Shown: one piece after another, positions 37,362 through 47,000 of the stretch
Layout of the letters: every line of letters begins with the position of its first letter
Numbering within the stretch: position 1 is the first letter of the stretch
DNA from: an uncultured delta proteobacterium
GTDB lineage: Bacteria; Desulfobacterota; RBG-13-43-22
Reading direction: 5' to 3'
Assembly: GCA_963711835.1 (NCBI GenBank)
Contig: CAVQFQ010000006.1
Location: 64,001-128,000 of the forward strand
Length of the DNA stretch: 64,000 nucleotides
Notes under the pieces: model-generated
What the model was told of the DNA's origin: nothing
What the model saw: the letters and a program-made list of their open reading frames with translations, nothing else
Databases searched by the model: none
Program-made: the position numbers and the translations under genes

Positions 37362-38012
37362 ATGAAATTTAAGGCCGTTATTTTTGACTTGGATGGCACC
37401 CTGTTGGATACGATTGAGGATCTGGCGGATTCCATGAACGAGGTCTTGGCCGGATTTGGATTTCCGGGACATGATCTCCAGGTTTACAAGTACTTTGTGG
37501 GGGAGGGAGTGGAGGCGCTGGTCCGCCGGGCTTTGCCCCAGGAGAAGCTGACCGAAGAACTGGTGGAGCGGTCTTTAAAAATCTACCGCGAGGAATACGG
37601 GAGAAGATGGAATCTGAAGACGCATCCTTATGTCGGTATTCCCGAGATGCTGGATGCCCTGACCGGACAACAGCTGCCTCTGGCCATCCTCTCAAACAAA
37701 CCGCATGACCTCAGCCGACTGGTGGTGGCCAAACTGCTTCCCCGGTGGGATTTTAAACGCGTTTTTGGGGCCCGGGCCTCGGTGCCCAAGAAGCCGGATC
37801 CGGCTGGGGCCTTGGAGATCGCTCAGGATCTCATGATTTCACCCGAGCATTTTTTATATCTGGGGGATACCGCCATTGATATGAAAACAGCCGTAGCGGC
37901 CGGCATGTTTCCGGTGGGGGCCTTGTGGGGTTTCCGGACAGCGGAGGAATTATCGACCAATGGGGCCAAGGTTTTGATAGAAAGACCCTTAGAACTCTTA
38001 AAGCTCCTTTAG
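37362..38012 (+). CDS. HAD-family phosphatase (Gph-like)
   Basis: FDLDGTLLDT, LSNK, KPDP, YLGDTAIDM. Confidence 0.92.
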   Translation: MKFKAVIFDLDGTLLDTIEDLADSMNEVLAGFGFPGHDLQVYKYFVGEGVEALVRRALPQEKLTEELVERSLKIYREEYGRRWNLKTHPYVGIPEMLDALTGQQLPLAILSNKPHDLSRLVVAKLLPRWDFKRVFGARASVPKKPDPAGALEIAQDLMISPEHFLYLGDTAIDMKTAVAAGMFPVGALWGFRTAEELSTNGAKVLIERPLELLKLL

Positions 38013-38091
38013 GTTCAACCAACGCCGCAAAAAACCTTTTCACACTTTAAGCAATGCGAGTTTATTGTCTCAGAAATTCCTTGACAATATT

Positions 38092-38162
38092 GTCATTCCG
38101 GACTTGATCCGGAATCCATCCCGCCACCAGCGGGACTGGATTCCCGCATTCGCGGGAATGAC
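38092..38162. repeat. REP/RPE-like palindrome
   Basis: GTCATTCCGGACTTGATCCGGAATCCA...CTGGATTCCCGCATTCGCGGGAATGAC. Confidence 0.8.
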
Positions 38163-38209
38163 GGCCTTAGGAACATTGTGAGTAAAGTTGGAGGCGCAAT
38201 TTTAAAACA

Positions 38210-38250
38210 ATAAAAGCCCTTGCCGACCTCTCGCCGGCAAGGGCTTTTAT
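38210..38250. terminator. Bidirectional rho-independent terminator downstream of aor
   Basis: ATAAAAGCCCTTGCCG-N9-CGGCAAGGGCTTTTAT. Confidence 0.8.
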
Positions 38251-38293
38251 CTTAGGGTACTTCGCGGGCTTTGCGGTGAATATTGCTCTTTGA

Positions 38294-40030
38294 CTACCAG
38301 TTAAAAACCTGATCCAACTCCTCGTCCGTGACCCCGAAGGTCACGTTGTGAGGTGGCAGGACCTGGTTTTTGAAGAACTCGGGCAGGCGGTCATGCTGGG
38401 CGCTTAATCCGGCTTTTAAATTGAACTCCCTTTCATTTTTAAGAACCGACTTGCCCAGGGCCACCACGCTGTCGGCCGTCAACTCCAGCCCAAAAAAGGA
38501 ATTAAGCAGGTCGAGGAAGGCCTGAAAGGTCTCCGGCTGATCCATAACGGCAAAGGCGATGAAGAGACACATACCGGTAGAGTCGATGGCCGCTGTGGTG
38601 ATCTGAAGGTTCCGGGACAGTTCGATCTGGCCCGCAGGCTTCAAGGGGTCCACGAAGCCTCCGACCTTCATGATGTTGGTGGCCACGGCATACCCGGCCG
38701 TGTGGTCGGCCCCCATGGGGCTGGTGGCGTAGGTTACGCCAATGCCCTGCACGGCTCGCGGATCATAGGCCGGCATGGCCTGCCCCTTGACGACGGGGAT
38801 TCTTTCTACGCCGAAGACCTTTCCGGTCACCGCGGCGCCGCTGCCTATTATCCGGCCCAGGGGCGTTCCCTTTCCCACTTCCTTGATCAGGTTGATGGCT
38901 CCCTGGGCGTCGCCGAACTTAAGCAGACCGCCTTCCATGGCTACTCCGATCGTGGCGCCCATTTCAATAGTATCCAGGCCGATATCGTCGTCCAGGAGAT
39001 CCAGTCGGGCGATGTTGTCCAGGTCATCAATGCCGCAGTTGCCTCCATGGGCCCAGACCGTTTCGTATTCCGGCTGTTTGGTCAGGAAGTGGCCGTCTTT
39101 GTCATGATACGTTCCGGAGCAGCGGATGACGCAGCCCCGATGGCAGCCGTGAGTGGCCAGGCCCCCCCGGGAGGTTTCCAATGCCGCCTGAGTCTCCCCG
39201 CTGATCTTGGCTGCGCCTGCAAAGCGGCCTTCCTTAAAATTATAGGTGGGATATCCCCCGGCTTCGTTGAGGATGTTGGTCAGGACATTGGTGCCGTAGG
39301 CCGGAAGTCCCTGGCCGGTAACCGGGTTGGATTTTAAGCCATCCACCCATTGCTTGTTGGCGGCCTTGAATTTTTCCGGGTCTTTAGGCGCCCGCATGGG
39401 CTTGCCGGTATCGTCCAGGACAATGACCTTGACGCCTTTGGAACCCATGACAGCCCCCAGACCGCCTCGGCCGGCATGACGGGTGGGTCGCAGTTCCATA
39501 TCGGTAAAGGCCACCGTAGAGGCGGCCAATTTCATTTCGCCGGCCTGCCCGATAGAGATGCAGGCGATCTTGTCGCCGTAGGCGCCTTTCATCTTTTCCA
39601 CCACGGCGTAATTTCCTAAACCCTTAAGGCTGTTGTCGGGGGTGATCTTCACCCCGTCTTTATTGATGAAGATTTTATAAAGGGTGTCGTCTTTAGGTTG
39701 GCCTTCGAGGACTATGGCGGCATAGCCGAGTCTGGCCAGGACCTGGGAAGGCTGGCCCCCGGAATTGGCCTCTTTGATGCCTCCGGTCAGAGGGCTTTTG
39801 CCGCCTACCGAGATTCTGCCCGACTGGGCGGCGGCGCTGCCGCTCAACATCCCCGGGGCAATGACCAGCTTATTATCAGCCCCCAGGGGATGGCAAAGGG
39901 GGGGCACTTCTTTTGAGACAATGGCCGAGGTCATGGCCCGGCCGCCCAATCCGGCATAGTCTCCAAGAGGAGCTTCCTTCGCTTTAGGGCCGCCATCGGC
40001 CCCCATATCGATCCGTAACACTTTATCCAT
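38294..40030 (-). CDS. aor: Aldehyde:ferredoxin oxidoreductase (tungsten AOR family)
   Basis: KSPLTGGIKEANSGG, AGRGGLGAVMGSKGVK, CHRGCVIRC, PEYET, GLDTIE, YDPR..YATSPMGADH, DSTGMCLF. Confidence 0.95.
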   Translation of the reverse strand: MDKVLRIDMGADGGPKAKEAPLGDYAGLGGRAMTSAIVSKEVPPLCHPLGADNKLVIAPGMLSGSAAAQSGRISVGGKSPLTGGIKEANSGGQPSQVLARLGYAAIVLEGQPKDDTLYKIFINKDGVKITPDNSLKGLGNYAVVEKMKGAYGDKIACISIGQAGEMKLAASTVAFTDMELRPTRHAGRGGLGAVMGSKGVKVIVLDDTGKPMRAPKDPEKFKAANKQWVDGLKSNPVTGQGLPAYGTNVLTNILNEAGGYPTYNFKEGRFAGAAKISGETQAALETSRGGLATHGCHRGCVIRCSGTYHDKDGHFLTKQPEYETVWAHGGNCGIDDLDNIARLDLLDDDIGLDTIEMGATIGVAMEGGLLKFGDAQGAINLIKEVGKGTPLGRIIGSGAAVTGKVFGVERIPVVKGQAMPAYDPRAVQGIGVTYATSPMGADHTAGYAVATNIMKVGGFVDPLKPAGQIELSRNLQITTAAIDSTGMCLFIAFAVMDQPETFQAFLDLLNSFFGLELTADSVVALGKSVLKNEREFNLKAGLSAQHDRLPEFFKNQVLPPHNVTFGVTDEELDQVFNW

Positions 40031-40103
40031 AATTGATCTCCTTTCTATTTGGAAGCGCTGAGGTTAACGATGACCATCCGTAAAAGAATAACCGATCATC
40101 TCA

Positions 40104-40179
40104 ATTTTCTTCTGAATTTACCGGCAAGTCAAGGATTAAATAAGTGTAATATTAATTAGTTATGTCATTTATGACATAA
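40104..40179 (-). promoter_or_regulatory. aor promoter (-35 TTGACT 40127-40132, weak -10 GAAAAT 40104-40109) with perfect palindrome TTATGTCAT-TT-ATGACATAA at 40160-40179
   Basis: Perfect 9-bp arms centred about 40 bp upstream of the -35 hexamer. Confidence 0.7.
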
Positions 40180-40259
40180 AAGAAGAGGATAAAGAAAAAT
40201 CTTTTGAAGAGGAATATTTTGGAAATTATGTCTGAGGAAAATCCATTCGGGAACCGGAA

Positions 40260-40499
40260 TTATCCCCCTCCTAAAGGAGGGAAGATGCCCACATGGTCTC
40301 CCTCTTTCAGGACCTCGTCTCCCTGGGCGTGGAGCCCATTCAGAAAAATGATCTTAGCGACCTCGAAGGGCATTTCGATGCGCTGCAGGAGATCCCTGAT
40401 GGTGGACCCCGGAGCGCATTCTATTTGAAAAGGTTTGTGGCCGGCCTCCGGGGGCAGGTATTTTTCCAGGGTGGCATAAAGATTCAATTCAATTTTCAT
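40260..40499 (-). CDS. MoaD/ThiS-family sulfur carrier
   Basis: LYATL, IFLNG, LKEGDHVGIFPPLGGG C-terminus. Confidence 0.92.
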   Translation of the reverse strand: MKIELNLYATLEKYLPPEAGHKPFQIECAPGSTIRDLLQRIEMPFEVAKIIFLNGLHAQGDEVLKEGDHVGIFPPLGGG

Positions 40500-40511
40500 T
40501 GGAGATCTCCT

Positions 40512-41054
40512 TTACCCGAACCGCCCTTTGCGGCAGACGAGCTGAGCCACGGCCCGGACAGGTTCGGTCTTTATCCCTTCGAAGGAAGCCAGGATTTCCC
40601 AGTCCGAAAACCAGCCCTCAAGTTCACCGGGTTTTAAAAGAAAGGCCGGGTTGTGTGGTTCCCCGAAGGCAGGCTGGCCTGAGGTAAAGGTTTCATATAT
40701 AAGGATCCCACCGGTCTTGAGGGCTTTTTTCAAGCAGGGGATGAGAGGACGATGCAGATAGCGGAAGATAAGGATACCCCCATAATGATCTTCCGGAAGC
40801 GGGTTGACTCCTTTTTCTTCCAGATCAACCTGCCAGACTTCAATGGCGGCCTGCTGTTCCCCGGCCAGTTTTTGGACCCGGATCAGGGCTTCCTGGGAAC
40901 GGTCGCAACAGATGACCTGGACCTGATGGGCGGCCAGAAAGATCCCGTTGTGGCCTTCGCCGCAGGCCAGGTCCAGGACCGGACCAGGCAGTCTGTGCGT
41001 TGTAAAGAGGTTAAGATGCTCAAGCAGCAAAAGATCGGGTTTAAGGAGCGACAC
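40512..41054 (-). CDS. Class I SAM methyltransferase (TehB-like)
   Basis: VLDLACGEGHNG, FRYLHRPL, GGILIYETF, NPAFLLKPGEL. Confidence 0.85.
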   Translation of the reverse strand: MSLLKPDLLLLEHLNLFTTHRLPGPVLDLACGEGHNGIFLAAHQVQVICCDRSQEALIRVQKLAGEQQAAIEVWQVDLEEKGVNPLPEDHYGGILIFRYLHRPLIPCLKKALKTGGILIYETFTSGQPAFGEPHNPAFLLKPGELEGWFSDWEILASFEGIKTEPVRAVAQLVCRKGRFG

Positions 41055-41076
41055 CTAAAATCCTTTGGCTTTCCCT

Positions 41077-41814
41077 TCAGGCCTCGGCTCCTCCGGAGAG
41101 GGAGATAATCTCCCCCGTCAGATAAGCCGCTTGCGGGGAGGCCAGAAAGGCCACCAGATCCACGACATCGTCAATACGGGCGATTCGTCCCAGGGGGAGG
41201 CCTTTTAGGATTTCCTTCAGGATCTCCTGATTACTCCAGAAGGGTTTTGAAAATTCCGTCTCCACCACCCCGGGCGCCACGGCATTGACCCGGATGCCGG
41301 AAGAGGCCAGTTCCTTAGCCAGGACTTTGGTCAGCATATTGACCCCGGCCTTGGCTATGCCGTAAATCCCCATGCCGGGGGAGGCCCGATGCCCGGCAAT
41401 GGAACTGATATTGATAATGACCCCGCCCTTCTCTTTCATCAGGGGAAAGGCCTGGCGGGAACACAGGAAAGCGGCCTTCAGATTGGAATCCATAATTTTG
41501 TCCCAGAGGGGGATGTCGGCCTCGGCTGTAAAGGGGGTGAAGATATTCATCCCTAGATTATTAATCAGGATATCCAAGGTTTGAAACTCGGATCGAAGGA
41601 GGTTAAAGACGTTTTCAACCTCCTCGGCCTTGCCCAAATTGGCGGGGATGGTCAGCAGGTCTCCGATCTCCTCTTTGGCTTTTTGGAGGTTGGTTTCTTT
41701 CCGGCTGCAAATGGCCACCCGGGCCCCTTGCTGAAAAAAATGTCTGGCCAGCCCCAGACCGATTCCGCGCGACCCGCCGGTGATCAGAATTTTTTTATTT
41801 TCGAAGTTTCCCAT
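41077..41814 (-). CDS. SDR-family oxidoreductase
   Basis: TGGSRGIG, NISS, YGIAK, IRVNAVAPG. Confidence 0.92.
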   Translation of the reverse strand: MGNFENKKILITGGSRGIGLGLARHFFQQGARVAICSRKETNLQKAKEEIGDLLTIPANLGKAEEVENVFNLLRSEFQTLDILINNLGMNIFTPFTAEADIPLWDKIMDSNLKAAFLCSRQAFPLMKEKGGVIINISSIAGHRASPGMGIYGIAKAGVNMLTKVLAKELASSGIRVNAVAPGVVETEFSKPFWSNQEILKEILKGLPLGRIARIDDVVDLVAFLASPQAAYLTGEIISLSGGAEA

Positions 41815-41939
41815 AGGCTTCCCCCCTGTCGATACCTAAATTTACTTTTTTCGATTTTAACAAATTCAACCTCGATAAGGAATCGAAATCAGATCAGGCA
41901 GGTCCTCAGGTAAAAACTGCCATAGGAATCTCGATAAAC

Positions 41940-42240
41940 TATTAAGGGTCTCAAAATAATAGTGACCAACAGGGACCGGGGGGTCTTCTTTTCTGGGGTT
42001 GTCCAAAGGGTAACTCATCGCCCTATCCCGGCCCGGACAGCTAAAGGGGTTAGGTGCAGGGCATTCACTCAAGTCCGTTTCGGGCATTAGTGGTGGCCTG
42101 TCTCTGAATTGGATCCCGAATTTGGCCCGGCAAAGAAGCTTTGGGCTTGAAGGTGGACAACCCAGAAAAGAAGACCCCCCGGTCCCAATTTAAGGCAAGC
42201 TCCTCAATTTCATGTCAAGACCATTATGAGACCCTTAATA
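41940..42240. mobile_element. MITE-like family B, copy 1 (~300 bp) with nested 215-bp IR-bounded cassette (41972-42186)
   Basis: Terminal IRs TATTAAGGGTCTCAAAAT / ATTATGAGACCCTTAATA; inner IR GGGACCGGGGGGTCTTCTTTTCTGGGGTTGTCCA; close copy at 48754. Confidence 0.85.
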
Positions 42241-42282
42241 AGTTGACTTTTTCAAGGAAATTTGGTCTATAAACCAAAAGGG

Positions 42283-42607
42283 TTAGTATTGTTCAAAAGT
42301 TTTGGGATTGACGCATTATTGCCTGACTGGGGACCTGGGGTCTTGATTTCAAGGATTGTTCAAAGGGGGATCCTTCCCGCCAATCCGGCCCAGATTTCTA
42401 AGGTTGGTTTAGAGCCGGGCCTTCACCCAACCGGACAAACAGCTTTGGTGAAGGCCTGCTTAAGGCATTATCGTCACCCTTCCAGTCCCGCTAAAAGCGG
42501 GATTTCAAGGTGAGGAGTTAATGGTGGACAATCCATGAAATCAAGACCCCAGGTCCCCTTTCATCGGGTATCAGTACTGTAATGCCCAAACTTTTGAACG
42601 ATACTAA
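42283..42607. mobile_element. MITE-like family C, 'full' copy with nested 230-bp cassette (42329-42558)
   Basis: Terminal IRs TTAGTATTGTTCAAAAGTTT / AAACTTTTGAACGATACTAA; inner IR GGGGACCTGGGGTCTTGATTTCAAGGATTGTTCA. Confidence 0.8.
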
Positions 42608-42664
42608 ATGGTTAAGAAAGAGGATTAATATCCCAGGCCAAGTCAAAAAAGAGGGAAAGGATCC

Positions 42665-42928
42665 ATGGAAAATTTAGAATTGAAAACCGGCAATGAAAAA
42701 ACCAAGGTCATTATTCTTACCAACCATTATCGGATCATCGGGGAGATTTTTCTCCTGCCGGGAGCCAGGCTGACCGACTATATCATCGGCTCTAATTCCG
42801 CCATTGCCGTGACGGACGCCCATGTCTCCAGCCTCGACGGGCGGCTCATCCTTTCGGCCTCCTTCCTGAATGTGGACCGTAATCATATCGAGGTGATCAT
42901 CCCGGCGGAAATGGCTCATTTCGCCTGA
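42665..42928 (+). CDS. Small conserved hypothetical protein (DUF6812-like)
   Basis: RBS AAGGA; YRIIGEIFL..RLTDY..IAVTDA..FLNVDRNHI. Confidence 0.65.
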   Translation: MENLELKTGNEKTKVIILTNHYRIIGEIFLLPGARLTDYIIGSNSAIAVTDAHVSSLDGRLILSASFLNVDRNHIEVIIPAEMAHFA

Positions 42929-43797
42929 GAGGTCCCTGAGGAAAAAACAGGCCTTTCGGACTGCAACCGGGAGGCCATAGCCTCGGGTAACCGCAGGTAA
43001 AAGGCCCCTTCTTCCTTCTTGCCCCTTTTCATACATCCCTGCCCATAGATCCGACATTTCTTTTTAAGTTCCTGAAGGGCCGTCTCTTGCTGGTCCGAAG
43101 ACAACAAATCCGAACCTAAGACCTTAACTAAGGCCTGGATCCGGAAACGATCAAGAAAGGGGATCCGTCGGGAAAGCTGGTCCGGGTGGCCGCCCTGTTT
43201 GACGACCAGGGGCTCTTCAATCAGGAACACGGGAAATCGGCAAGAAATGCGAAGCCAGAGGTCATAGTCCTCGCAGGCCGGCAGGCTTTCATCAAAGGGT
43301 CCTATCTGAATCAGGAATTCCCGGCGGATCATAACGGCTGAGGGGCTGACGATACAGCGAATGAGGGAAGGCGAAAAAATATCCCCGGAAAATTTCCGGT
43401 GTTTTTTGTGGGGATTGACCCTCCGGCCATGACGGATCCAAATTTCCTCGGTCTGGCAAATAAGGGCCTGGGGGTTTTCGGCAAAAAAACGGACCTGGGC
43501 CTCCAGCTTGGCGGGAAGCCAGTAATCATCGGAATCCAGAAAGGCGATCCAGGTTCCCTGGGCCAGGCTTAAGCCCCGGTTGCGGGCCGCGCTGACCCCC
43601 CGGTTTTCCTGATAGATATATCGCAACCGGTTTCCATAGGGTTTAAGGCCTTCTCCGGTCCCGTCCGTAGAGCCGTCATCGATCACGATAAGCTCATAAT
43701 TGCGACACGTTTGGCTAAGAACCGATTCAACAGCCGGCCGCAGGAATTCAAAACGGTTATAAGTGGGAATGATAACGCTGATCAGGGGAGCAGGCAC
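42916..43797 (-). CDS. Family 2 glycosyltransferase
   Basis: SVIIPTYNR, IDDGSTD, GVSAARNRG, AFLDSDD, EDYDLWLR. Confidence 0.92.
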   Translation of the reverse strand: MPAPLISVIIPTYNRFEFLRPAVESVLSQTCRNYELIVIDDGSTDGTGEGLKPYGNRLRYIYQENRGVSAARNRGLSLAQGTWIAFLDSDDYWLPAKLEAQVRFFAENPQALICQTEEIWIRHGRRVNPHKKHRKFSGDIFSPSLIRCIVSPSAVMIRREFLIQIGPFDESLPACEDYDLWLRISCRFPVFLIEEPLVVKQGGHPDQLSRRIPFLDRFRIQALVKVLGSDLLSSDQQETALQELKKKCRIYGQGCMKRGKKEEGAFYLRLPEAMASRLQSERPVFSSGTSQAK

Positions 43798-43825
43798 GGT
43801 ATAAGGCAGCCGTAAACTTAATCAA

Positions 43826-45328
43826 TCAACCCTCTTCCCGAAAGGCTTCTTCCCTCGTCTTTCTGAAAGACGGGATTAAGACGGCCAGCATGGCCAGAAC
43901 GGCCAGACCGATCAAAACCGCACTGATGGGGCGCTGCACGAATACCAGCGGGTTCCCGCGGGAAAGGAGCATGGCCCGGCGCAGATACTCTTCCATCAGG
44001 GGGCCGAGAATAAAGGCCAGCAACATGGGGGCCGGCTCACAATCCAGTTTGGAGAAAAGGTAACCCAGGGCCCCGAAGAGGGCCATAAAGTAAATATCCG
44101 CCTCAGTGTTCTTCAGGCTGAAAACACCGATACAGCAGAATACCAGGATCCCCGGATAGAGCAGCCGGTAAGGGATCATAAGCAGACGGACCCAGATCCC
44201 AATAAGCGGCAGGTTGAGGATGACCAGGAAAAAGTTTCCGATCCACATGGAAGCGATGATTCCCCAGAAAAGCGCCGGTTGCTCGGTAATGACCGAAGGC
44301 CCGGGTTGTATGCCTTGAATGATCATGGCGCCGATCATAAGCGCCATAACCGGGTTGGAGGGGATCCCCAGGGTCAGCATGGGAATGAACGACGTTTGAG
44401 CCCCGGCGTTATTAGCCGCCTCAGGGGCGGCCACACCTTCAATGGCGCCCTTACCGAATTGGGCGGAGTTTTTCGAGACTTTCTTTTCAATGGAGTAGGC
44501 GGCAAAAGATCCCAAGATCGAGCCGCTGCCCGGCAGGATGCCGACCGCAGAACCTATCATGGTCCCACGCAGGATGGGGGCTACCATTCGTTTCCAATCC
44601 TCTTTGGTCGGCATCAGGGTGGTGATCCGGGCCATGACGGATCGGCTTGCTTCCCGTTCCAGGTTGCGGGTTATCTCGGTCAGACCGAACATGCCCATGG
44701 CCACCACCACAAAACCGATGCCGTCGGCCAGTTGGGGGATGTCGAAGGTGAAGCGTTGGGAACCGGAGGTGACATCCGTGCCCACCAGCCCCAAGAGCAG
44801 ACCGAGCACGACCATGCCGATGGCGTGCAGCAGCGACCCCTGGGCCAGCACGGTCGCTGCCACCAATCCCAGGACCATGAGGGAGAAATATTCAGCGGGG
44901 CCGAACTTCAGGGCGATGGCCGACAATCCGGGTGCGAACAAGGCTATCAGAAAGGTGGCAAAGGTACCGGCAAAAAACGATCCGATGGCCGAGGCCGTCA
45001 GGGCCACGCCGGCACGCCCTTGACGGGCCATCTGGTAGCCGTCAAGACAGGTGACCACGGAGGCTGCTTCTCCAGGTATGTTGACCAAAATGGAGGTCGT
45101 TGAACCGCCGTATTGAGATCCGTAGTAGATGCCGGCCAGCATAATGAGGGCCGAGACCGGGGGCAGGGCAAAGGTAATGGGCAGAAGCATGGCGATGGTC
45201 GCCGTTGGCCCGAGACCGGGCAGTACCCCGATCAGGGTGCCGACAAAGACACCGATCAGGCAATAAAGCAGGTTGGCCCAGGTGATCGCCGTTGCCAGAC
45301 CGAGACCAAGATGTTCGATAAGTTCCAT
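43826..45328 (-). CDS. tctA: Tripartite tricarboxylate transporter TctA
   Basis: GVLPGLG, IYYGSQYGGS..ILVNIPG, APEAANNA, PMLTLGIP. Confidence 0.95.
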   Translation of the reverse strand: MELIEHLGLGLATAITWANLLYCLIGVFVGTLIGVLPGLGPTATIAMLLPITFALPPVSALIMLAGIYYGSQYGGSTTSILVNIPGEAASVVTCLDGYQMARQGRAGVALTASAIGSFFAGTFATFLIALFAPGLSAIALKFGPAEYFSLMVLGLVAATVLAQGSLLHAIGMVVLGLLLGLVGTDVTSGSQRFTFDIPQLADGIGFVVVAMGMFGLTEITRNLEREASRSVMARITTLMPTKEDWKRMVAPILRGTMIGSAVGILPGSGSILGSFAAYSIEKKVSKNSAQFGKGAIEGVAAPEAANNAGAQTSFIPMLTLGIPSNPVMALMIGAMIIQGIQPGPSVITEQPALFWGIIASMWIGNFFLVILNLPLIGIWVRLLMIPYRLLYPGILVFCCIGVFSLKNTEADIYFMALFGALGYLFSKLDCEPAPMLLAFILGPLMEEYLRRAMLLSRGNPLVFVQRPISAVLIGLAVLAMLAVLIPSFRKTREEAFREEG

Positions 45329-45363
45329 GAGCGTACGCGAACCTCCTTAAAAAGTTTGGGGGG

Positions 45364-45816
45364 TTAGCCGCCGAACCAGGAACCGAGTATGGGCAGCGGT
45401 ATGCCCAACCCTTTTAAGAACACGGCGATGCAAAACAAAGTGAGACCCGCGGCCATAATTACAGAGGGCCCCCAGCGAAATTCCCTGCTGGCGAAGGCGC
45501 TGACAAAGACCAGAACCGGCAGAGCAATGACCAAACCGGCTCCGCGCACCAGCAGGCCGAACAGGACCGTTGAAACAACTACCAAGGTCAATCCCTTGAA
45601 GGTGAATCCCCCGATCGGGGTCCCTGTCTTCAGAAAGGAGCGGATCAGGGAAATGGTCCCTATGATAATCATTAGGCCGCCGAGGATAGTGGGGAAATAA
45701 GACGGCCCCATTTTAATGGCCGTTCCCATCTGATAATCGCGGGCGATAATGAGCGCGCTCGATCCAAAAAAGATATAGATAAGCCCGGTCCAGAAATCTT
45801 TGCTGCTTCGGATCAT
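45364..45816 (-). CDS. tctB: Tripartite tricarboxylate transporter TctB
   Basis: MGPSYFP, four to five TMs, LGIPLP; lies between tctC and tctA. Confidence 0.9.
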   Translation of the reverse strand: MIRSSKDFWTGLIYIFFGSSALIIARDYQMGTAIKMGPSYFPTILGGLMIIIGTISLIRSFLKTGTPIGGFTFKGLTLVVVSTVLFGLLVRGAGLVIALPVLVFVSAFASREFRWGPSVIMAAGLTLFCIAVFLKGLGIPLPILGSWFGG

Positions 45817-45942
45817 GGCTGCCTCCTGAGCCGCTCAAACGACCAGCCAAGGCGGGTCGGCGGCTTTATAAAGCAACTCGGTTGTCAGAAAAGGCCGGAA
45901 CCACTCCTCTTTCTGTTGCGGCAAGCCGGTAGGGAGCTCCGT

Positions 45943-46914
45943 CTAATCGGCATAGGCCCCGGCCTTCTTGAGGATCGGCCCCCATTTGTCGGTTTCAGCC
46001 TTGAGGTGCTTGCGCAGGGCATCCGGGGTGGCGCGGTCTTCACTGACCGGGTCCGTTCCCAGGTCATGGAAGCGTTGAATAACCATACTGTCTTTCAGGG
46101 CAACCTGCAAAGCCTTGGTGAGTTTATCGATGATAGGCTTCGGCGTGCCCTTGGGGGCATAAAGGCCGTGCCAGATGGCGACCTCGAATCCTTTCAATCC
46201 CGCCTCGTCCATGGTCGGGACATTTGGCAGGGAGGAGACCCGTTTCTTGGTTGTAACCCCATAGACCTTGATCTTCCCGGCCCTGATCTGGCTGGTGGTG
46301 TTGGTGGTCTGGTCGCACATGAGGTCGACCTGCCCGCCCAGTAGGTCGTTCATGGCCGGCCCGGTCCCCTTGTAGGGAATGGTGGTCAGGTCCGTCTCGA
46401 TAGCAACCATAAAGAGCGTACCGCACAAATGCGAGGCGGCCCCGAGGCCGGCGTTGGCCAGGTTGACTTTGGCCTTGTTGGCCTTGACATAGGCGATCAT
46501 TTCCCTGAGATCTTTGGGAGGAAAGTCCTTTTTGGCCACCATGGTCATGGGCACTTCATTGATCAGGCCGATGGGCTCAAAGTCGGTGATCGGGGTATAG
46601 GGTAGTTTGCGGTAAAGGGCCGGGGCGGTGGCCATCCCGATATGGTGCAAAAAGAGGGTGTAGCCGTCGGGCGCAGATTTAGCGGCCCGGTTGGCGCCCA
46701 CAGTGCCGCCGGCGCCATCGACGTTCTCGACGATGACCTGGACATTGAGGGCCTTGGACATGGGTGCGGCCACCAGGCGGGCCACGGTGTCAGTCGGCCC
46801 ACCGGCGGTAAAGGGGACAATAATGGATATGATCTTGGTGGGGTAATCTTGGGCAGCAACCGGATGAGCAACAAATAGGGTAAGAACGGCAATGGCCAAG
46901 AAAATTTTTTTCAT
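45943..46914 (-). CDS. tctC: TctC/Bug substrate-binding protein
   Basis: IVPFTAGGPTD, ENVDGAGG, PDGYTL, PYKGTGPA. Confidence 0.95.
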   Translation of the reverse strand: MKKIFLAIAVLTLFVAHPVAAQDYPTKIISIIVPFTAGGPTDTVARLVAAPMSKALNVQVIVENVDGAGGTVGANRAAKSAPDGYTLFLHHIGMATAPALYRKLPYTPITDFEPIGLINEVPMTMVAKKDFPPKDLREMIAYVKANKAKVNLANAGLGAASHLCGTLFMVAIETDLTTIPYKGTGPAMNDLLGGQVDLMCDQTTNTTSQIRAGKIKVYGVTTKKRVSSLPNVPTMDEAGLKGFEVAIWHGLYAPKGTPKPIIDKLTKALQVALKDSMVIQRFHDLGTDPVSEDRATPDALRKHLKAETDKWGPILKKAGAYAD

Positions 46915-47000
46915 TAATCGGTATCCTCCTTGCGGTTAAGTTGGCTGATTCTAAATTTAGCCTGGAAGGGGTGTCAAGGGAAAAATGTGAGAAGCAGGAT

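Noticed and set aside
41866-42513. Small ORFs 41866..42087 and 42262..42513 (also 48713..48904 and 48936..49211) as transposases or peptides
   Set aside because: They lie in or across MITE-like repeats, show no DDE or HUH motifs and are not preserved between copies.
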